Source of the DNA: an uncultured virus (IMG/VR IMGVR_UViG_3300047510_001006)
Lineage: Duplodnaviria > Heunggongvirae > Uroviricota > Caudoviricetes
DNA length: 64,000 bases
Virus record (IMG/VR): IMGVR_UViG_3300047510_001006
Strand: one strand, 5' to 3'
Positions 18,280 to 28,140 of the stretch are shown piece by piece (position 1 is the first letter of the stretch; the number at the start of each line of letters is the position of its first letter). Under the pieces are notes generated by a model that was not told the origin of the DNA, did not search any database, and saw only the letters and a list, made by a program, of their open reading frames with translations. The translations under genes and the position numbers were made by a program.

Positions 18280-19170
18280 ATGATTCGTAAACTATTGATT
18301 CAAGCGTCTGTTCCAAAAGGAAACGCTACACTTGTCGGAAACTACTACGACAAAAAAACTAGAAAGAATTTGTATCTCGTAGACGGTGGTAAGAGAGTTT
18401 GCACCGACAATGACTACGAAGACGAAAAAATCCACAACGTACTTATTTCTGATGGCCAAGTTCATACTCACGAGTACGATGATGCTATTAAATCAGAATT
18501 GGCTGTTGTTGAATTTTACAAAAACCACCCTCTGTGCAGAACAGTAGGTAGCACTAACCCTAACATAGTAAACGCATTGTTTACTATTATCATTCATCAC
18601 GAAGTTGTTGAAAAAGATATTTTTGAACTTGATAGGAATTTGGATATTGCTATTGAAACGTTGAAACTTTCTTTTGAGGAAAAATACGAGTTGGCATTTG
18701 CCCTAGGATTAGACCCAAGAGGAATGACCCACAAAGACTTGGTAATCGCTTTGGTTGGTCCTAACTTGTTGGGTAAGGCGATTGTTGAACACGACTCATT
18801 TAATATGTATATGAGAGGTGTCGAAAGTGATCGTAAGGCTAAGGTCTACGCCAACAAAGCAATTATTGCTGGTATTATTCCTTTCACTGACGGTTACTAT
18901 CGTGTAGCTGGTCGTACTCTTGGTGCAACACAAAGAGACGTTGTCGATGTTTGTGTAACAGATAAAGAGTTCTTCTACTCATTTATCGTTCCTGAAGTAG
19001 ACAAGATTAATTCTGCTCCATCCGCAAAACAAGACGACTACAAGCCTTCTAAAGATTTTAACAAACTTGAGGGTATCCCCAAGACCATTGATGAATCTTA
19101 CAAGGAAATCAAAAAGCAGGGACGAGGCAAAAAAGATGCTCTCATCTCTGAAATGATTGAAACAGAATAA
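18280..19170 (+). CDS. Head-module protein of unknown function
   Basis: 296 aa; TATATTCG 4 nt upstream of ATG. Confidence 0.6.
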   Translation: MIRKLLIQASVPKGNATLVGNYYDKKTRKNLYLVDGGKRVCTDNDYEDEKIHNVLISDGQVHTHEYDDAIKSELAVVEFYKNHPLCRTVGSTNPNIVNALFTIIIHHEVVEKDIFELDRNLDIAIETLKLSFEEKYELAFALGLDPRGMTHKDLVIALVGPNLLGKAIVEHDSFNMYMRGVESDRKAKVYANKAIIAGIIPFTDGYYRVAGRTLGATQRDVVDVCVTDKEFFYSFIVPEVDKINSAPSAKQDDYKPSKDFNKLEGIPKTIDESYKEIKKQGRGKKDALISEMIETE

Positions 19171-19190
19171 CAATCAAACAACTTAAAGAG

Positions 19191-19213
19191 AGACCCCGAA
19201 AGGGGTCTTTTTA
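19191..19213 (+). terminator. Intrinsic terminator
   Basis: AGACCCC-GAAA-GGGGTCT followed by T-run. Confidence 0.8.
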
Positions 19214-19218
19214 TTGAT

Positions 19219-19818
19219 ATGATAAGAAGAAGCGAAAAGAAGATTCCCGTTAAGGGAGCCCCCGAACCTAAACCTCTGAAGCAACAGTGCTTGGGATGCG
19301 GAAAGACAAAAGCCATCTCCAACAAAACCAGGAAGTTATGCGCAAGTTGCGTGGCATCAGAACGAAAAGAAAAGCAAAAGATACGCAAGGAGAAAGAGAA
19401 GAAAAAGAAAGCCGAGTCAATATCTACCCTAACCAAAAAGTTAGATAGAGTATTCTCTGTTTACGTTCGTCTACTTAACTCCGATAGTCAAGGCAATGTG
19501 AAGTGCTTTACTTGCGACAAGACTGAGTATTGGCGAAAAATACAGAACGGACACTTCCAATCAAGGCGTTATTATTCTACAAGGTTTGAGCCTCAGAACT
19601 GCCAACCTCAATGCTATGGCTGTAACATAGGACTAAGCGGAGCACAATACTTATTTGGAATCAATCTAAATAAGAAGTATGGCGAAGGCACCGCAGAGCA
19701 AATGGTAAAGATGTCAAGAGAGGTAAAAAAGTTCACAGCATACGAAATGATGGAGCTTATTGAGCAGTACGAAAAGCTAGTTATGAAACTCCGCAAAGAC
19801 AAGGACCTTTGGGATTGA
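19219..19818 (+). CDS. NinG/Rap-like recombination endonuclease
   Basis: LD.VFS.YVR, CFTC, NGHF.SR, NC..QC..CN motifs. Confidence 0.8.
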   Translation: MIRRSEKKIPVKGAPEPKPLKQQCLGCGKTKAISNKTRKLCASCVASERKEKQKIRKEKEKKKKAESISTLTKKLDRVFSVYVRLLNSDSQGNVKCFTCDKTEYWRKIQNGHFQSRRYYSTRFEPQNCQPQCYGCNIGLSGAQYLFGINLNKKYGEGTAEQMVKMSREVKKFTAYEMMELIEQYEKLVMKLRKDKDLWD

Positions 19819-19844
19819 TAACAAAATTCGTTATATTTGTATAG

Positions 19845-20603
19845 ATGACAGGTGCAGAATTCTATACGATATTACAACAAAAGATAGACAAAGCCTATTC
19901 TGCGTACATTGATACAACAAAGGCTGACCGACTCATTCGTGAGACAATCTATCGTTTGGTTGAGAAGCTATACATGGGTTTAGTTACTCAAAAAGAAACA
20001 GATGAACTCTGGAACATGATTGCCAAAGAACAAGCTGTTGTTACTGCTGGAGCGCTTGCTGTTTCAAGTTTGACAAACTACTCACACTTGTTTTCAATGA
20101 AGTTTGTTTACAAAGATCAAATTACTGGATTTACATATGCGAATGGCAAGTTTACAAAAGCAGGACACACTATTAGAAAAGGCGATATCATTGAGTACGC
20201 TTCTGTACAATATACTGTTACAAGGGTTACGGCTACTACTTTTACTGTTCCTATCACTTATACTACTGGTAGTATATATCATTATCGAGTGTTTGATGCT
20301 TCTCCGAGGTTTAGCGACAGGAAGAAAAACATCTTTCATACCCCAACGAAAGAATCTCCACGATACGAATTAACTGGCACCCCTGCTCGTCAATTCAATC
20401 TAACGCCTCAACCCGCAAGCGTTATTGTTGATTACATGAAAACACCAACGGATATTGTTTCCTCTTCTGGAACCACTATCACTGTTTACACAGATAAATT
20501 CTTGTATCGCTTACTTGACGAGTGTGTAATGAACTATGCAGAACAAGTCAGAGACTTTGAACTGAAACAAAACGTAGCACAAACAATCGCTATTAATCCG
20601 TGA
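19845..20603 (+). CDS. Putative head-tail ring/adaptor protein
   Basis: Position; M...EF...Q.KIDK N-terminus; Y.K.P motif. Confidence 0.55.
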   Translation: MTGAEFYTILQQKIDKAYSAYIDTTKADRLIRETIYRLVEKLYMGLVTQKETDELWNMIAKEQAVVTAGALAVSSLTNYSHLFSMKFVYKDQITGFTYANGKFTKAGHTIRKGDIIEYASVQYTVTRVTATTFTVPITYTTGSIYHYRVFDASPRFSDRKKNIFHTPTKESPRYELTGTPARQFNLTPQPASVIVDYMKTPTDIVSSSGTTITVYTDKFLYRLLDECVMNYAEQVRDFELKQNVAQTIAINP

Positions 20604-21247
20604 GTACCCTAAAGGAAATCGTAGACAAAATCAAAAGTAACGTAGAGTCAGGTTTTACAACCGATGAATCGCGTTTGGATGATTTGTACGTTGAGAATAA
20701 AGTCCACAGCGCAAGAGGAATGATTCTTTCCAATCTTGTTCGTTCAGGAATGAGAGATAGAATCAATGAATCATTTGTACAGGCTATCAATCCTGATTTA
20801 TTGGAGTACGATGAAGAGTGCGAGATGGTTACGTTTGAGTGTCCGTCAATCATTCACTTGGATGATAGGCACGATGGATTTGTTTATGTTGGTCACGTGA
20901 GCGGAATGAAGCCCTTCATTAGAGTTCGTTCTAACTACACTGCATTGTCAATGCACTCTTTGTACCAAAAGGAAAAACAAATCGTTTGGGATTTTGTGGT
21001 AAATGTAACTGGTTCATACGATATCAACATTTACAAAAACCACAGATTGAGAAAGATTTTGATTAAAGCAATCTTCAACAACCCAACAACTATTCCTAAC
21101 TACCGTAAAGATGTTGACCAATATCCTTTGGATGCGGTTACTGAAAACGAAGTAGTTGAAATGGTATCAGTTGACCTACTGAAGAAAATAACTATGGTAG
21201 CCCCAGACTACGTTTCTGATTCACAAAATACAATACCTAGACGATGA
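20600..21247 (+). CDS. Putative tail ring protein
   Basis: Position; F.NP...YP motif. Confidence 0.55.
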   Translation: MSTLKEIVDKIKSNVESGFTTDESRLDDLYVENKVHSARGMILSNLVRSGMRDRINESFVQAINPDLLEYDEECEMVTFECPSIIHLDDRHDGFVYVGHVSGMKPFIRVRSNYTALSMHSLYQKEKQIVWDFVVNVTGSYDINIYKNHRLRKILIKAIFNNPTTIPNYRKDVDQYPLDAVTENEVVEMVSVDLLKKITMVAPDYVSDSQNTIPRR

Positions 21248-21738
21248 AAATTGAAGACGTTATAGCTGCGGCCTCAGAAGAACTACAAGTATCCTACGGA
21301 GAAAACGCATTGTGGTTTAAGGTATTAATTTATCAGGCTGTAAGAACATTTAAAAGTGCCAACGCATTAATGATGTTCAGTGAGAAAGTTGAGACTGAGG
21401 ACTCACGAATCAAATTACCAAACAACTTCGTAAGAATGTCTTGCCTTGTTGACCTCAACGGAATCACTTGGTGTGAAGACATCGACTACTGCATTCAAGA
21501 TAATTATATTCTGTTCGACTCTTCTTATAATGTAGAAGACGGAATTGAATACACAATAACATACAAAGGATTACCAGTAGACGAAGAAGGAGACATCGCA
21601 CTCAGAAATGAATGGGAGCGTATGTTAGTATCCTACGTTTGCTATAAGTACACCCGAAGACACTTTGATAGATACCCTGCATACATTGTAAACGATTTCA
21701 AACGAGAATTCCAATTACAAAAACAAGCCTTTACATGA
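21244..21738 (+). CDS. Putative tail tubular/ring protein (P22 gp4-like)
   Basis: LP..F...Y.G.PVDEEG motif; directly before muzzle gene. Confidence 0.6.
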   Translation: MKIEDVIAAASEELQVSYGENALWFKVLIYQAVRTFKSANALMMFSEKVETEDSRIKLPNNFVRMSCLVDLNGITWCEDIDYCIQDNYILFDSSYNVEDGIEYTITYKGLPVDEEGDIALRNEWERMLVSYVCYKYTRRHFDRYPAYIVNDFKREFQLQKQAFT

Positions 21739-24700
21739 GTCAATTCGTAAGATTAAACACAACCGGCATAATGGACAAAGATACCGACTCTCAATACTTG
21801 AGGGAAGGTAACTACGAAGACGCCAATGACATACGTCACAGAAGTTTGATTGGAAGTGAGAACCAAGCCATCGTTCCTGTTGTGGGAAACGTTCTTGGAG
21901 TAACAATCCCAAACACTACTGTTACTGCTCGTGTTTATCGTGTATTTCTTGATATCTCAGCTGGCTCTGCATCGGGTACTTTATATTATAAAAACTCTAC
22001 TACCAACGCAATTAACCCAGCGGCACTTAGTATATCTTTTACAACCCTTGCGGATTATTACACGGCTCTTACAAACAACACAACTGGTCTATTCAATAGT
22101 ATTGTTGTAAGTCCTGCGAATCCATTTCAGTTTACCGCACTTACAACTACTTCAGCAACTACTGGCTATTTTGATGTTAGTCTTAATCAATTAACCGATG
22201 ACGAATATTTGTTGTGGCAGGTAGGTGACTTGTTTGACATTCAACTTCTTACCGAATACATCAACAGCGTAAAGTCTTTCAAGGTAATTGGAAGCGAAGA
22301 GCTGGCAGGAGATGTATTTGTTTGGAGTGTTACCGATAGAATCTTTGACACATCAACTCGCACTATTTCAGAGTTAGGTGTAATCACATATAACGAAGGA
22401 GCAAACACTCACTCCTACACAAGACTATTAAGAAGTAAACTTCTTGATTTTGACCCGAACTATAGAGTACAGGCCCAAGTCGAAAAGACAAACGTTGACC
22501 AAGTAAATCTTTACTGGACAGACGCATACAATAAACCACGCACTCTTAAAATCAAAGGAGCATATGTAACTGACATGGCTCTTCGTGCATACGGTGGAGA
22601 TTACGATTTGGATTACATCGAAAACCAAAGTTCTTTTGTTCTTCCTAACACCTCTGCGATAATTTCAGTTACATCAGTGAACGAGGGGGGAGGGTCTGTA
22701 ACCGCAGGAAATAAAAGATATTTAGGTCGTTTCTTGACTGATGATTTGGTTCCAAGTGATTTTATTTTTGCAACTAATCCCGTTAATATTTACAGTGCAT
22801 CTGCGCTAGTTCCTTCCGAAATCACAGGAGATACAGCCGGAGATCAAACTACAAAATCAGTTACTTGTCAATTAACAAATATTCCATCAGGTATATATAG
22901 ATACTTTGAGTTTGTGGCTATCGAATATGCTGGTGGTGGATTTTCGGCTAAAGTTCTTGAAAGAGTACCTATCGCACAAAGTGTAACCGACCTTACTCTT
23001 GAACATACAAATAGAGGTCAATTAAATCAGACTCTTTCTAATGCAGAACTTCTTTCGATAACTACCAAGTTTGAAAGAGTTCAGACAATGAGAATTTTTA
23101 CTAACAGAATGACATTGTCAAATGTTAAGGAACAAGTAGATTATAATTTGGATGCGTGGGCCTCAGCTATAACACACTCTCTTGAATACAAAAGCATTAA
23201 TTCTGTAGGAAGAACAATTCCAGCAAATTCAACACTACTTGGATCATTTGCCAATGTAAACTACGGAGAAAATTTAAATCCGCTAAATACATATAACTAT
23301 ACTGGATATATGATGAACGATACTTATCGTTTTGGTATTCAGGTACAATGGAAAGATACAGGAAAGTGGAGTCAAGCATATTGGGTAGATGATATTCGTT
23401 TTGACACCCTTGCTACAAACGTAGTAGGAGCAAGAAGAACAGCAAACAACATAACAACAAATCTTACAAGCTCAGATAGTTCATCAACTTATGTTTACCA
23501 TCCTAAGTTTGGAAATATTAATCTTAATTATCTAGTTCCAGGAACAGGTAAACTGTTATTTGAATTGATTTCTGCATTTAGATTTACAAGAGCAGAACGA
23601 ATTCCTGAAGTATTGGCAACGGGTATAGTTCTTCCCGGAACTCGCTGGACTAGTGACTTAAATGTAGTGATGCCATACACTAGAGATTTTAATACATCTG
23701 ATTCAAGTCTTTCAACATACCCCAATAGTTTTGCAACTAATGTTGCATTAACTAGATCAGTCGTTGGTAATTTTGATGAATCTAATTTTGCTTATTTTTA
23801 TTCTCCTGATCATTTGTACAGCGTTTCAACATATGATTATTTAGCTTCCGATAAACTATTAATTTTAAACAAAGTTAACTCAACTAAGATAGCTCAAGGA
23901 AGAACAAATGGAGATTTTTTATCAACGTATGAAGATAGTGATGGGAACTACACTGCGGCTAACCAAGCGTATGTACAATTTGGAATTGACGAAGGAAAAC
24001 GATTCGAGTATGGTCAAGAGATTGCATATGGGTCAAGACAAGTTAATAATAACATAAAAACAAGCGGGGCGACCCAAAGAACAGGACACCATGTTCCTTG
24101 TTATATTTTGAGACTAAACCAAAAGTTAACAACAGCAGGCGTAATCCCGGCTGGAGTTTCAACCAACTCAAGTGGATATTATGGTCAAATCTTTAGAAGC
24201 AAAGGCGCCAACTTAAAATATCCAAAAAACAAATACGAAACTATTTATCAATCAACAGGCCATATTAGAAACTTGGTTGACGGAGAAAACGGAACACTGA
24301 TAGAATCAGTTTTTGGCGGAGACGTATTTAACCAAAAAACACATTTGCAACTAAGAAGGGCTTCTTTGGATGACCCAAGAACAGGTCTTGGATATCTAAT
24401 ATCAATGTATTCTCAAAACGTAGGAAATATTCAAATGTTTGACAGGATTGATTATGACGAATCAGCAACTGGATCAGGCTGGGTTTTTCCACAATATGAA
24501 GACAAAAATGCTTTTGTTGCGTTTATAACTACACCAAACACATTTCCAATACCAGCAGTCACAGCCACTATTGATACAGGTACTTGTGCTGCTGGTCTAT
24601 TCAATACTCTTGAACAGTGGCCTGAGATTGACGGACAAAGAAACTACGATTTAGGATACAACGCAAAAGACGGTACGATTACCGACACTGGCTTTGATTC

Positions 24701-25997
24701 AACTATAACGTACGGTGGAGAAAGACCATCAACAATCTTTTGGTCTCAGAAAAAACAAATCGACTCAACTCAAGACAATTATCGCATATTCAAGCCGATT
24801 GATTACGCAGACTTAGATCAAACATACGGTTCTGTTTCTACACACGAAATCATTAATGGTAACTTATACACGTTCCAAAACAATTCTGTTCAGCGTCAGT
24901 ACTTTAACGATGCGACAGCAATTAACTCAACCAATGGCTCAGACATCGTTATCGGTGCGGGTTCTATTCTCGGAGCCCCTGGAGTAGAATTAACCTCTAT
25001 TGGTTGCGATAAAAAATGGTCTGTAATCAAGGGTCGTACACCAAACGGAAAAGACAACGTGTATTGGTTCAATGATCAGTTGAGAAAACTTGTTCGTTTG
25101 GGTGGGGATGGAGTTTCTGTAATTTCAGACCGGGGTCTCTCTTCTTACTTGCAACAAAAAGCAAACTTCCTAAGAGGCAAATACCAACAGATAGGAGGAG
25201 AAGGAGTACATGGAGTATGGAACGATAAATTCAATGAATTAATCATCACATTCAAGGCTGTAACAACAAAAGCAATTGAATATCCCGATGGTGGAACATA
25301 TGTAATCGGAGATATGGTCAAAAACACGTCTCCTGGCGCTCCTCGTCAATCATCAGGACTTTCTTATGTCTACATAGCCAAAAGTAATTTCACTGTCTCT
25401 AGTGACGATTTTGAGCCTGGAGTTGGAGCAGCATGGACTACGTATTGGAATCAAGTAAGTGTTTCAACCAATCCTGAGTTGTTCACACTGTTTACACTTG
25501 TATATGATGAGTTGAAAAACGGATTTATTTCTTTCCACAGTTACTACCCAAATATCTACATGCCCTTCTTGAATACCTTCTACTCAACCAAACCTACAGA
25601 TGAGAAGTTGGTGTACGTTCACGACAAGGGAGATGAGATGAACTATTACGGAACTGCAAACAACGGAAGCATCACAAGTGTAGTAAACTACGATTTAAAC
25701 CTGAGCAAAAACTTTGAAGCAATTCAAGTTGTATCAGGAACTACACCATATCGTTTGGACTTCACAACTCGCGACCACGTATCATTCTTGACACAGGGTG
25801 AATTTGAAGAACTTGAAGATTACTTCTACGCTCCAGTCAAAAACGACAGTACAGGAACAGGAGTAAACAGCAACGATACTACTCGTTTGTGGGGAAGGTT
25901 CCTAAAGATTAAGTTTACATTCTTGGGTGGGGCGGCTCAGAAACTACTAAACTACGTGGTCAAATACAGACCAAATCACAGATTGTATAGAAAATAG
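21735..25997 (+). CDS. Tail stabilization/muzzle protein (P22 gp10-like)
   Basis: 1420 aa; G.MDKD...Y.DA.DIR start, LYWTD..N.PR, G.M.NDTYRFGI and RL.G.F.KIK end motifs. Confidence 0.75.
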   Translation: MSQFVRLNTTGIMDKDTDSQYLREGNYEDANDIRHRSLIGSENQAIVPVVGNVLGVTIPNTTVTARVYRVFLDISAGSASGTLYYKNSTTNAINPAALSISFTTLADYYTALTNNTTGLFNSIVVSPANPFQFTALTTTSATTGYFDVSLNQLTDDEYLLWQVGDLFDIQLLTEYINSVKSFKVIGSEELAGDVFVWSVTDRIFDTSTRTISELGVITYNEGANTHSYTRLLRSKLLDFDPNYRVQAQVEKTNVDQVNLYWTDAYNKPRTLKIKGAYVTDMALRAYGGDYDLDYIENQSSFVLPNTSAIISVTSVNEGGGSVTAGNKRYLGRFLTDDLVPSDFIFATNPVNIYSASALVPSEITGDTAGDQTTKSVTCQLTNIPSGIYRYFEFVAIEYAGGGFSAKVLERVPIAQSVTDLTLEHTNRGQLNQTLSNAELLSITTKFERVQTMRIFTNRMTLSNVKEQVDYNLDAWASAITHSLEYKSINSVGRTIPANSTLLGSFANVNYGENLNPLNTYNYTGYMMNDTYRFGIQVQWKDTGKWSQAYWVDDIRFDTLATNVVGARRTANNITTNLTSSDSSSTYVYHPKFGNINLNYLVPGTGKLLFELISAFRFTRAERIPEVLATGIVLPGTRWTSDLNVVMPYTRDFNTSDSSLSTYPNSFATNVALTRSVVGNFDESNFAYFYSPDHLYSVSTYDYLASDKLLILNKVNSTKIAQGRTNGDFLSTYEDSDGNYTAANQAYVQFGIDEGKRFEYGQEIAYGSRQVNNNIKTSGATQRTGHHVPCYILRLNQKLTTAGVIPAGVSTNSSGYYGQIFRSKGANLKYPKNKYETIYQSTGHIRNLVDGENGTLIESVFGGDVFNQKTHLQLRRASLDDPRTGLGYLISMYSQNVGNIQMFDRIDYDESATGSGWVFPQYEDKNAFVAFITTPNTFPIPAVTATIDTGTCAAGLFNTLEQWPEIDGQRNYDLGYNAKDGTITDTGFDSTITYGGERPSTIFWSQKKQIDSTQDNYRIFKPIDYADLDQTYGSVSTHEIINGNLYTFQNNSVQRQYFNDATAINSTNGSDIVIGAGSILGAPGVELTSIGCDKKWSVIKGRTPNGKDNVYWFNDQLRKLVRLGGDGVSVISDRGLSSYLQQKANFLRGKYQQIGGEGVHGVWNDKFNELIITFKAVTTKAIEYPDGGTYVIGDMVKNTSPGAPRQSSGLSYVYIAKSNFTVSSDDFEPGVGAAWTTYWNQVSVSTNPELFTLFTLVYDELKNGFISFHSYYPNIYMPFLNTFYSTKPTDEKLVYVHDKGDEMNYYGTANNGSITSVVNYDLNLSKNFEAIQVVSGTTPYRLDFTTRDHVSFLTQGEFEELEDYFYAPVKNDSTGTGVNSNDTTRLWGRFLKIKFTFLGGAAQKLLNYVVKYRPNHRLYRK

Positions 25998-26020
25998 CAA
26001 AAAATAACTAACTTTGTAAT

Positions 26021-26638
26021 ATGGCAATAGACACACCAGAATCATTATTATCGCAATACGGAACAGCCGGATTGAGCGCATTGTCTGGATTAAATCCATA
26101 TGCTATGGCAGGAAGTGCCATTCTCGGTGGTATTCAATTAGTCGGAGGTTATAGAAATTTAGCAAAAGCAAATAAAATGCCTGACCCCTCATTTATGAGT
26201 GGAGCTGGTGAAATAAAACAACAACAAGCAAGATACGGAAGACTTTACGATACTGGTATTTCAACGGGTCAAGAGGACTTGATGCGCGAAAGATTTCGTT
26301 CTAATATTACAGGTCTTCAGCAAAAGTTTAGAGAAACCAGTCGTCAAGGAAGTAATGTATTTTCAAGATTGGCGGGCCTCAATGTAAACGAAGGAGAAAG
26401 AGCAATCATGGAGGCAGACATCCAACAAAGAAACATGGGTCTTCGTGGTCTTGGTTCAACTGCTGAGTCATTGACTAATATTGCAATGCGTGACATCGGA
26501 ACAGCAAAAGACGACAAACGCAGAGCAATTGCAGCCGCTGGTACCGCCATATCGAAAGGATATGAAGGTGTTGCAAGCGCAGTTAATTTTATGGGCATGA
26601 CTAGAGGAATGGATTCAGAAAATACACAAGAAGCATAA
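26021..26638 (+). CDS. Putative ejection/cargo protein 1
   Basis: G/A-rich hydrophobic N-terminus; follows muzzle gene. Confidence 0.55.
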   Translation: MAIDTPESLLSQYGTAGLSALSGLNPYAMAGSAILGGIQLVGGYRNLAKANKMPDPSFMSGAGEIKQQQARYGRLYDTGISTGQEDLMRERFRSNITGLQQKFRETSRQGSNVFSRLAGLNVNEGERAIMEADIQQRNMGLRGLGSTAESLTNIAMRDIGTAKDDKRRAIAAAGTAISKGYEGVASAVNFMGMTRGMDSENTQEA

Positions 26639-28101
26639 TGGCAGACGGAACACTCGGAGGACTTGGTTCTTCAATAGGATTAACAGCAACAGCAAAGGAC
26701 TATAGTTCTCTGTATAAATACAATCAACAGCTTCGTGCTCAGCAAGAAAAAGCCAAGCAAGATAAGTTGGATGATATTATTAAAAATGTTACAATTAAAG
26801 TAGGAGAACAAAACCTACACGACTTGGAAGTAGGACCTATGAAAATTCGCGTCGGAGAGTTTGTCAATAAAGCAAGACAATCCATTGGTCAAGACGACAT
26901 GAGTGGATTTTATGAAGAACTAGCAAGTTTTCAAGCAGATTTAAATAATGCAAAAAACAGAAGCAAGGGATATTGGGGGTTAGAAACAACAGTCAAAGAA
27001 GCAGCTGCTGGAAATAAATATGTTCCTAAAAACGTAAGACAAGCCGCTAGATTAATGCTTAATTCTGCATCTAGTGCGGATTATATAAACGCACTGGCTG
27101 AAAATGGAGTTCAGCGTAATGCGTTTTTTGACTATGATCAACAAGGTCACGTTATGACTCAGTCGTTTGATACATACGACATTACCAAAGCAACTAAAGA
27201 TTTAATTTCTGGCAACTCAATTATTATCGGAAGAGGAGAAGAAGTTTATGACCCAGTAACAAAAACAAAAATTCAACCATATATCAAAGGACTTCCTCTT
27301 GATGACGCTGCCGCTGGAGAAGTAAGAAAGATGGTCGGTCCTGATGGAGTTGCTGTTCAGCCAACTCTTACCGCAAAACAAATTCCTACTATTCTTTTGC
27401 AGAACCCTGCACTTGCTGCTCAGTATATTGACACTTATGACTTGGAAGACATGAGTCCTGAAGAAGTAGAAAATCATTTCTTTGAGAACATAGTTAAACC
27501 AAACGTAAAACTTAAAGAAAGTGTTCAAACTACTAAACAACCAGGCTCAACAAGTGTGTATGTGAATACTGGTGCTACCGCTGGAGATTATACATTTGAA
27601 GGTGGTCCAGCTACAAATCTTAATTTTTCATACGAGTTAGCGGATAATACAACATTCCCATTTACAGTAGATGCACCATATTCTGTGTCTTTGTCTATGG
27701 ATGGCGGGTTGGCGTTTAGACTCAGTCCATCTAAAGAATTTATAAACAAAGCTACAGGCAAACCATATACATCAACAACATCACAACCTGTCGATGTAAA
27801 CATAACTAACGTATTACCATACGAAGTTAAAGGCGGGGTAAAAGTTGTAATCGGAAATGATAGAGTAAAAAAATTAAAATCCGAAGGCAAAAAAGTAAAT
27901 TATGCTGCGTTCATTGAAGGAAAAGGTCAGCTTGTTGGAGTAGAAAAAGAATTAACAAACGTTGATTTGTATACTGAACTTACTCCTGCGATTAGGTCAA
28001 ATATTGCAAACCAAGCAGCCGCCAAAGGAAAGAATGTAAAAGCAGCTTTAATGAAAGGCTTTCTGAGAATCGACAAGGAAGTAGCAGCAGCGAACAAGTA
28101 A
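26638..28101 (+). CDS. Putative ejection/cargo protein 2
   Basis: 487 aa; position. Confidence 0.5.
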   Translation: MADGTLGGLGSSIGLTATAKDYSSLYKYNQQLRAQQEKAKQDKLDDIIKNVTIKVGEQNLHDLEVGPMKIRVGEFVNKARQSIGQDDMSGFYEELASFQADLNNAKNRSKGYWGLETTVKEAAAGNKYVPKNVRQAARLMLNSASSADYINALAENGVQRNAFFDYDQQGHVMTQSFDTYDITKATKDLISGNSIIIGRGEEVYDPVTKTKIQPYIKGLPLDDAAAGEVRKMVGPDGVAVQPTLTAKQIPTILLQNPALAAQYIDTYDLEDMSPEEVENHFFENIVKPNVKLKESVQTTKQPGSTSVYVNTGATAGDYTFEGGPATNLNFSYELADNTTFPFTVDAPYSVSLSMDGGLAFRLSPSKEFINKATGKPYTSTTSQPVDVNITNVLPYEVKGGVKVVIGNDRVKKLKSEGKKVNYAAFIEGKGQLVGVEKELTNVDLYTELTPAIRSNIANQAAAKGKNVKAALMKGFLRIDKEVAAANK

Positions 28102-28140
28102 ACCTGCCGACATTTAGCAATTTTTCGCTATATTTGTATT

